64,000 bases of DNA, from assembly GCA_942493385.1 (NCBI GenBank), contig OW818699.1, forward strand, positions 658,507 through 722,506, in the 5' to 3' direction. The stretch comes from an uncultured Bacteroidales bacterium (GTDB lineage: Bacteria; Bacteroidota; Bacteroidia; Bacteroidales; UBA1402). A model generated the notes under the pieces. It made no database searches. It was not told where the DNA came from and saw only the letters and a list, made by a program, of their open reading frames with translations. Of the stretch, positions 59,001 to 64,000 are shown piece after piece (the first letter of the stretch is position 1; each line of letters opens with the position of its first letter). The position numbers were made by a program, and so were the translations under genes.

Positions 59001-59348
59001 CAAGCTGTTTACTATGCCTTCAAAACGGCTCTGGAAGCTGCAGAAGCTGTTGTTACGGCTGGAACCGCCGGCTCCAGTAACTTGTTTGCCTATGAAACTG
59101 CTTTGAAATCGTTCTTGAAGAACAGCGAAGTTGCCGTTGATCGTGTCGCGAATGCGACTCCTTCAGTTATTGGTGGGAAACAAAAGATCGTCGTGAAGTC
59201 GGAGTCCAATCAACTGGTTTCCATCTACTCCCTGACCGGCGTTGTTGTCTCTTCACAGGTTTCTGCAGGTGTGTATGAAATCTCGGTTGATCCTGGCTAT
59301 TATTTGGTTCGAATCAATAACAGAGTCACGAAAGTTGTTGTGAAGTAG
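56040..59348 (+). CDS. 1102-aa secreted multidomain protein with T9SS CTD (unknown function)
   Basis: Signal peptide. Two regions beginning NPSFEDGLTGW / NPGFSTNSGTGW and ending DNFQLLYQG / DNFKLSYVG (galactose-binding-like/CBM-like). Ala/Thr-rich helical spacers. C-terminal LVSIYSLTGVVV...GYYLVRINN. Confidence 0.7.
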   Translation: MRKFTLTLLSLLLIAGLEMFGASLPLKGGYYRIRNFTANTFIGGTGTGSGSVIHQLPSVDSLFQIFKVTLNSTNGYYSFQQKESGLYITHDNSWNGSFAAKVATTRQSWFIDNVTSVDYCTINRVKDDNSHTAGIGYDNAVAGNSLYMDKTISRQNKWIFEPIISLDLADLQTLVNQATALSATALASQISAASALLTSTIEADILTATSTLQTAIDNYKITALLESAANATQESPVDVTGLLANPSFEDGLTGWTNTGFALQSNAWPKKTGTYFTEKYITSSSTTVQGVANASIVQTLKMSVPNGKYKLIAVAQGLQQAFLPPLAISPTGVSLFGNLASIEVGDSALYTLENIIVVDKTLTIGLKTISATANWVAADNFQLLYQGVDLNALANTLSGLVTTGSSITGVIQTAASAELAAAIAEANTVLSNRTEATLNASITRINAAIIAVNASKTTYIDLNNSVIAAKAAVALYDDPQINKTVVNADIALAQGIYDTHLLDVTGTNAAKDSLVKAVLNFQMDNASLNIPVVLTSLIVNPGFSTNSGTGWTGANGAGNFSEYELYNKSTIDFYQTITGLRKGQYMVTVQGYHRPGDHSDAKVAAHNDGSEVIPVALYANTKTSPLLSIYSDPTCTSTTGTWIAGDGVIYPNNMETVSIMFAAGKYSGNSVIGYVGDDGILKLGIKTIGTPAANSWSIFDNFKLSYVGLPELEGYLIDLETISIAAKEFMGGIDSITQVSPKGEKVIGKYLNSDWTKLDSLLIVVDNVINSYVDQLYTGTVSDVLNLQSAVVSARNALVRYLPMNELPNGEYYIKIADMFYWNNPGIDVLVDGTNPSVGNSGLVMDLNVTTGAQIVKVAKLSGVDNITAITRYSMFSLLDGRNITERCVFQSTWGTWDGGSDDEWRTHNIYYNGTGYAVQAAGSSSNRGYWAYMTNDQTIAASNIGTASDTNYVFKFIPVKTIFADEVVKGRTSFNSAVVGPEASQYSQAVYYAFKTALEAAEAVVTAGTAGSSNLFAYETALKSFLKNSEVAVDRVANATPSVIGGKQKIVVKSESNQLVSIYSLTGVVVSSQVSAGVYEISVDPGYYLVRINNRVTKVVVK

Positions 59349-59370
59349 TATTTCTCAATCCATAAAAAAG

Positions 59371-59401
59371 CGGAGGTCTTTCATAGAAGGACCTCCGTTT
59401 T
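59371..59401 (+). terminator. intrinsic terminator
   Basis: CGGAGGTC / GACCTCCG 8-bp stem followed by TTTTCG. Confidence 0.65.
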
Positions 59402-59447
59402 CGCTTAAATAACGGCTACTTGGAACACTTATCCACTCATTTTTTTG

Positions 59448-59455
59448 TATTTTTG
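59448..59455 (+). promoter_or_regulatory. candidate -7 box (TATTTTTG)
   Basis: TAnnTTTG match 35 nt upstream of ATG 59490. Confidence 0.45.
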
Positions 59456-59489
59456 TACCACCGATAACTATAACCAACACCTTTTGAAC

Positions 59490-59945
59490 ATGAACTTAGC
59501 TGAACAAATAGATGCCGACCTGAAGGCTGCCATGATAGCCAGGGACGAAGTCCGCAAACTGACGGTTCGCGGCATCAAAAAAGAAATCATCGAAGCCAAA
59601 ACCGCTCCCGGTGCGAATGGTGAAATCACGGACGACATGATTCTCAAGATTGTGACCAAACTGCTCAAACAACGCAAGGATTCCGCTGCCATCTATGTGC
59701 AACAGAACCGCCCGGAATTAGCAGAAAATGAGATGCTTGAAGCGGCCATTTTGGAATCGTACCTGCCCAAACAGATGAGCGCCGAAGAATTGGAAGCTGC
59801 TGTAAAAGCCGTTGTTGTTGAAACCGGCGCTACCGGCCCCAAGGATATGGGCAAGGTGATGGGCGTGGCCAGCAAGCAATTGGCTGGCAAGGCGGAAGGA
59901 AGATTGATTTCGGAAATGGTAAAAACAGTGCTGAATAGTTTGTAA
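59490..59945 (+). CDS. GatB/YqeY domain protein
   Basis: Start at MNLAEQIDADLKAAMIARDEVRKLTVRGIK. C-terminal GPKDMGKVMGVASKQLAGKAEGRLISEMVK. Confidence 0.85.
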   Translation: MNLAEQIDADLKAAMIARDEVRKLTVRGIKKEIIEAKTAPGANGEITDDMILKIVTKLLKQRKDSAAIYVQQNRPELAENEMLEAAILESYLPKQMSAEELEAAVKAVVVETGATGPKDMGKVMGVASKQLAGKAEGRLISEMVKTVLNSL

Positions 59946-59966
59946 AGATTCTCCGTCATATAAAAA

Positions 59967-59999
59967 TTAGGCTGCTCGTTTTCGGGCAGCCTAACTTTT
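59967..59999. terminator. bidirectional intrinsic terminator
   Basis: TTAGGCTGCTCG / CGGGCAGCCTAA stem (one mismatch) followed by a T-run. It lies between convergent genes. Confidence 0.7.
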
Positions 60000-60000
60000 T

Positions 60001-60768
60001 TTATAGGACTCTGGTTCCGCCACCCTTCAAAAGATTGTCCGACTTGGTGATGATGACTTCCTTCACCCCGGCATCGATGGCTTCGTAGGCATTTTCCAGT
60101 TTGGGTATCATACCACCCTGAATGATACCGCTTTCCACATAGTTGGCAAAGATTTCACGGGTAATTTTTGGAATGACGCTGCTGTCGTCGTCGGCATCCA
60201 TGAGCACGCCTTCTTTTTCGAAGCAGTACATCAGGGTAACGTCAAAATGTTTGGCCAGTGCTTTGGCGGCTTCTCCAGCGATGGTGTCAGCGTTGGTGTT
60301 CAGCATGTTGCCTTTTTTATCGTGGGTTAGAGGAGCCAAAACGGGAACCACCCCTTGATGGATCAAGCTGGCTAAAATTTCCGAATGCACTTCTTTAACG
60401 TCACCGACATAACCGTAATCCACTTCACCAACTGGACGTTTTTCGGAACGCATGTAGTTGAGGTCGGCACCAGTGAGGCCTAGTGCATTGACATTCAATG
60501 CCTGCAATCCGGCTACAATGTTTTTATTCACCAAGCCTGCATAGACCATGGTCACCACTTTCAGCGTTTCCAGGTCGGTGATGCGACGTCCGTTCACCAT
60601 TTGGCTTTCGATGCCCAGCTTGGCGGCAACTTGCGTGGCAGATCTGCCTCCGCCGTGAACCAATACTTTGTGGCCTTCGAGTTGTGCGAAGTCCTTTAAA
60701 AGGGCGAGCAAGGATTCGGGTTCCTCAACGATTTTTCCTCCGACTTTGATGACGATTAGTTTTTCCAT
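60001..60768 (-). CDS. argB: acetylglutamate kinase
   Basis: IKVGGK, VHGGG and NTNADT motifs, 255 aa. Confidence 0.9.
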   Translation of the reverse strand: MEKLIVIKVGGKIVEEPESLLALLKDFAQLEGHKVLVHGGGRSATQVAAKLGIESQMVNGRRITDLETLKVVTMVYAGLVNKNIVAGLQALNVNALGLTGADLNYMRSEKRPVGEVDYGYVGDVKEVHSEILASLIHQGVVPVLAPLTHDKKGNMLNTNADTIAGEAAKALAKHFDVTLMYCFEKEGVLMDADDDSSVIPKITREIFANYVESGIIQGGMIPKLENAYEAIDAGVKEVIITKSDNLLKGGGTRVL

Positions 60769-60771
60769 GGT

Positions 60772-62427
60772 TTATTGGGCATCTCTTTGACGGATTTCCA
60801 CACGACGGATTTTTCCGCTGATGGTTTTGGGCAGTTCGTCCACGAATTCGATGATGCGTGGGTATTTGTATGGGGCGGTCACTTCTTTGACGTGGTCTTG
60901 AATTTCTTTGACGAGTGCGTCGCCGGCTTTATCCTTCCAATCTTTGGCTAGGATGACAGTGGCTTTGACGATTTGGCCGCGGATTTCGTCCGGAACGCCG
61001 GTGATGGCGCATTCCACGACGGCCGGATGGGTCATCAGTGCGCTTTCCACTTCGAACGGACCGATGCGGTAACCTGAACTCTTGATGACATCGTCAGCGC
61101 GTCCGACGAACCAGTAGTATCCATCTTCGTCCTTGTAGGCCAAGTCACCAGTGTAGTAGATGCCGTCTTGCATAGCTTCGTCCGTGAGCTGTTTGTTGCG
61201 GTAGTAGCCTTTGAACATGCCGACCGGGTATTTTTTGTCGTAGCGAATCACGATTTGACCTTGTTCACCGGCTTCGGCAGAGCGACCGTCTGGGGTAAGT
61301 AGGTCCACGTCGTAGTGCGGGTTCGGCAAGCCCATGGAACCGGGTTTGGGCTCCACCCAAGGCGTGGTGAGCACGGTGGGGGTGGTTTCGCTTTGGCCGT
61401 AACCTTCGCGGAGCTTGATGCCGGTGAGGTTGTAGAACTGTTCATAAACCGCTGGATTCAACGCTTCGCCGGCGATGGTGCACCATTCGAGGCTTGAAAG
61501 GTCGTATTTGGTGAGGTCTTCGCGAATAAGGAAGCGGAAAATGGTGGGCGGTGCGCAGAGTGAGGTCACCTTGTGTTTGGCAAGAATGGCCAGCATTTCT
61601 GAAGGGGTGAATTTCTCGTGGTCATAGACAAAGACGGTGGTGCCGGCTATCCATTGGCCGTAGAGTTTGCCCCAGACGGCTTTGAGCCAGCCGGTGTCGG
61701 CGATGGTAAGGTGGATGCTTTCTTCGTGTAGGTTGTGCCAGTAACTGGCTGTAACAATGTGACCAAGCGGATAGGCGCAGTCCAAGAACACCATTTTGGG
61801 ATTGCCGGTGGTGCCGGAGGTGAAACTGACGATGAGCGGGTCGCTGTTCTTGGTAGGCTCTAATGGGCGTTCAAAGGGTTTGGCAGTAGCGATACCTTTG
61901 TGGAAGTCGTTCCAACCTTCGGGGATGAACGGGCCGATGGAAACTAGGGTTTTAAGCGAGGGGGATTCTGGCAGGGCAGCATTGATGTGGCCAATCACCA
62001 ATTCGTCGCCGTCGCAAACGATGGCTTTGATATCGGCTGCGTTGTTGCGGTAGATGATGTCTTTTTTAGTGAGAAGGTGTGTTGCCGGTATGATGACGGC
62101 GCCGATTTTGTGAAGTGCCAGGATGGTGAACCAGAATTCAGCCCGACGTTTGAGAATGGCCATGACCATATCGCCCTTGACAATACCGAGGGAACTCAGG
62201 TAGCCTGCCGTACGGTCGGATAATTCTTTGAGTTCGCCAAAAGTATAGGTCTTGCTGGCTCCTTGGTCGTTGGTCCAAAGCAAAGCTCTTTTGTTCGGCT
62301 GAATTCGAGCCCATTCGTCCACGACGTCGTAGGCAAAATTAAAATCTTCGGGGACGATGAGTTCGTAGTTCTTCTTAAAGTCCTCGAAATCGGTAAATTT
62401 CGTTTGTTTGAGATACTTCTCTATCAT
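60772..62427 (-). CDS. AMP-forming acyl-CoA synthetase (medium-chain/ACSM-like)
   Basis: FTSGTTGNPK AMP-binding motif, YGQSET, YYTGD and a C-terminal SGKIRR. Confidence 0.85.
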   Translation of the reverse strand: MIEKYLKQTKFTDFEDFKKNYELIVPEDFNFAYDVVDEWARIQPNKRALLWTNDQGASKTYTFGELKELSDRTAGYLSSLGIVKGDMVMAILKRRAEFWFTILALHKIGAVIIPATHLLTKKDIIYRNNAADIKAIVCDGDELVIGHINAALPESPSLKTLVSIGPFIPEGWNDFHKGIATAKPFERPLEPTKNSDPLIVSFTSGTTGNPKMVFLDCAYPLGHIVTASYWHNLHEESIHLTIADTGWLKAVWGKLYGQWIAGTTVFVYDHEKFTPSEMLAILAKHKVTSLCAPPTIFRFLIREDLTKYDLSSLEWCTIAGEALNPAVYEQFYNLTGIKLREGYGQSETTPTVLTTPWVEPKPGSMGLPNPHYDVDLLTPDGRSAEAGEQGQIVIRYDKKYPVGMFKGYYRNKQLTDEAMQDGIYYTGDLAYKDEDGYYWFVGRADDVIKSSGYRIGPFEVESALMTHPAVVECAITGVPDEIRGQIVKATVILAKDWKDKAGDALVKEIQDHVKEVTAPYKYPRIIEFVDELPKTISGKIRRVEIRQRDAQ

Positions 62428-62446
62428 TGTTTTGCAGGTGTATCGG

Positions 62447-63001
62447 TTAAAAAATGATGGCCAGGAATTTTACGGGAGCATCGTTAAGTGCTTTCATGCC
62501 ATGTGGTTTGGTGGCATCGAAATAGAGGCTGTCGCCAGCATTTAATTGAAGGTCCTTGCCGTCAATGCTGATGTGCATGCTGCCATCGAGCACGTAATTG
62601 AATTCTTGCCCGTCGTGGCTGTTCAGGTGGATGGGCGTGCCTTCGGGTTTGGGATCCACCGTAACTACAAACGGATCGGCTTTGCGGTGGGCGAATTCGG
62701 CTGCAAGCGACTGGTATTTGTAGGAGCTGGTACGTTCCATGGCGGTGCCTTGACCGGCGCGGGTCAGAAAATAGGTGGAAACGTTGGGTTCAGCACCAAA
62801 AAGCAGAGCGGTGAGTTCCACGTTGAAATGTCGGGAAATGTTTTGGAGGGCGCTCACCGGAATGTCCTTCTTTCCGCTCTCGTAGCCGATGTATTCTTCT
62901 ACGGGAATGTGACAGACTTCAGCCATTTCTGAAACGCTGATTTCCAGTATGTCACGCAAACCGCCGAGGCGCTGGGCGATTTCTTCAATCTGCTTGTTCA
63001 T
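62447..63001 (-). CDS. XRE-family HTH regulator with C-terminal cupin domain
   Basis: Start at MNKQIEEIAQRLGGLRDILEISVSEMAEV (HTH_3-like). Cupin motif GQEFNYVLDGSM...GDSLYFDATKPHG. Confidence 0.8.
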   Translation of the reverse strand: MNKQIEEIAQRLGGLRDILEISVSEMAEVCHIPVEEYIGYESGKKDIPVSALQNISRHFNVELTALLFGAEPNVSTYFLTRAGQGTAMERTSSYKYQSLAAEFAHRKADPFVVTVDPKPEGTPIHLNSHDGQEFNYVLDGSMHISIDGKDLQLNAGDSLYFDATKPHGMKALNDAPVKFLAIIF

Positions 63002-63091
63002 AATATTTTGGTGTTTAAGTACCGATTTGTAAGCAAAGGTACATTTTTCACTACAAAATCCGTAGTTTTGCAGGTACAAATACATCGCTCC

Positions 63092-63652
63092 ATGAAGATT
63101 CTAATAACCTACGCTTTGGAGGCTGAACGCGGTAGCTGGCAGATTTCCGGTCACGAACTTTTTTTCTGTAAAACTGGTGTTGGAAAGGTTTCTGCCGCGT
63201 TACACACCTATGAAAAAGCGCTTGCGCTCAAACCAGATTTGGTGTTGGCTGTCGGCACGGCCGGAACGTTGCACCATCAGGTTGGCGACATCGTAGTGGC
63301 GGATTATTTTGTAGACAGGGATCTCGAAAAGATTGCGCACTTGGGCGTACCTTTTCAGCTTAATTTCTCCGATGAATTGGTTGCTTTTCCCTTTAAGAAG
63401 GTGGTTGACGGGACGGTTTCAACCGGGGATACGTTTCAGGAAAATGCCGATGATTCTGCTGCCGGTGAACGTGCCGATGTATTCGATATGGAGGCGATTG
63501 GCGGTGCACAGGCGTGTAAAATGCTGGGCATACCCTTCGTGGCGGTAAAATACATTACGGATGTGATTGGACAGAATTCCATCAAGCATTGGGAGGAAAA
63601 GTTGGAGGATGCCAGAATTGGGCTCGAAGACTATTTAAAGACTTTATTGTAG
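63092..63652 (+). CDS. PNP_UDP_1 family nucleosidase (MTA/SAH nucleosidase-like)
   Basis: Start at MKILITYALEAE. GVGKVSAA, VGTAG and DMEAIGGAQAC motifs. Confidence 0.7.
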   Translation: MKILITYALEAERGSWQISGHELFFCKTGVGKVSAALHTYEKALALKPDLVLAVGTAGTLHHQVGDIVVADYFVDRDLEKIAHLGVPFQLNFSDELVAFPFKKVVDGTVSTGDTFQENADDSAAGERADVFDMEAIGGAQACKMLGIPFVAVKYITDVIGQNSIKHWEEKLEDARIGLEDYLKTLL

Positions 63653-63664
63653 TCAACCCAACGA

Positions 63665-64000
63665 CTATTCCAGCAGGCGGTTTTCAAGAATCCGATCTGG
63701 GCCGAAATCTTTGATTTGAAGGTACTGTACCGTCGTGCCTTCCAACGCAGCCTTGGGCAGCATGCCGATGACCTCGCTATAAGCGATACTAACGTTCCTA
63801 GCTGCAGCTTCTTCGCGGATGCAGTCAAATACTTGACGCATGGATGTTTGTGAGAAGTCGGTCAAATTCATGGAAACCTGAGCCTGGCCTTTGTCCGCCA
63901 AATAAATGCCCAAAGCCTTGACGCAGGGAAATCCTCCACTAGAAAATCGAATTTTCCGAGCAATGGCCTTGGCAATTTCCAAATTGTCTGTATTCAGATT
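63665..64000 (-). CDS. ftcD: glutamate formimidoyltransferase, C-terminal part (5' end outside the window)
   Basis: The frame is open to base 64000. FPCVKALGIYLADKGQAQVSMNLTDF resembles the formiminotransferase subdomain. The ORF-track start at 63982 is an internal TTG. Confidence 0.75.
   Translation of the reverse strand, partial: NLNTDNLEIAKAIARKIRFSSGGFPCVKALGIYLADKGQAQVSMNLTDFSQTSMRQVFDCIREEAAARNVSIAYSEVIGMLPKAALEGTTVQYLQIKDFGPDRILENRLLE

Noticed and set aside
1-64000. Search for CRISPR arrays, transposases, integrases, phage genes, toxin-antitoxin pairs or known defence-system hallmarks (nuclease/ATPase/helicase clusters).
   Set aside because: None was found by reading the ORF translations and intergenic regions. 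Apart from the short elements listed, no repeats longer than ~13 bp were noticed, but an exhaustive repeat search was not possible by eye.

Overview
This is a chromosomal window from a member of the Bacteroidota. Three things support that: outward-facing TAnnTTTG -7 promoter boxes sit in front of most transcription units, four large proteins end in T9SS-type C-terminal sorting domains, and the dcw cluster has the order mraZ-rsmH-ftsL-ftsI-murE-mraY-murD-ftsW-murG-murC-ftsQ-ftsA-ftsZ (40.9-55.9 kb) without murF or ddl. Housekeeping genes include metG, bcp, argB, one tRNA-Leu(CAA), an NfnAB-like oxidoreductase pair, a glsB/glsA-like N-acyl amino acid lipid pair, an amidase and a LytS/LytTR two-component pair. 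The most unusual locus is a tightly coupled minus-strand operon (10962 down to 1390). It encodes a PLP decarboxylase-fold protein whose Schiff-base lysine position reads Met, two GNAT/FemAB-like acyltransferases, four mutually divergent B12-binding radical SAM enzymes (the last with a hydrophobic C-terminal tail) and a signal-peptide protein. An alanine/glycine:cation symporter gene lies divergent to it across a perfect 13-bp inverted repeat, and a flavodoxin gene is convergent at its end. I do not recognise this combination as a characterised pathway. Two further loci deserve a second look: an ECF sigma operon with three small membrane-anchored proteins, two of them very Cys/His-rich, and an ICMT-like/PlsC/zinc-ribbon fusion protein operon. 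I saw no CRISPR array, transposase, integrase or obvious pseudogene. All functional calls come from reading motifs in the translations; no database search was run.
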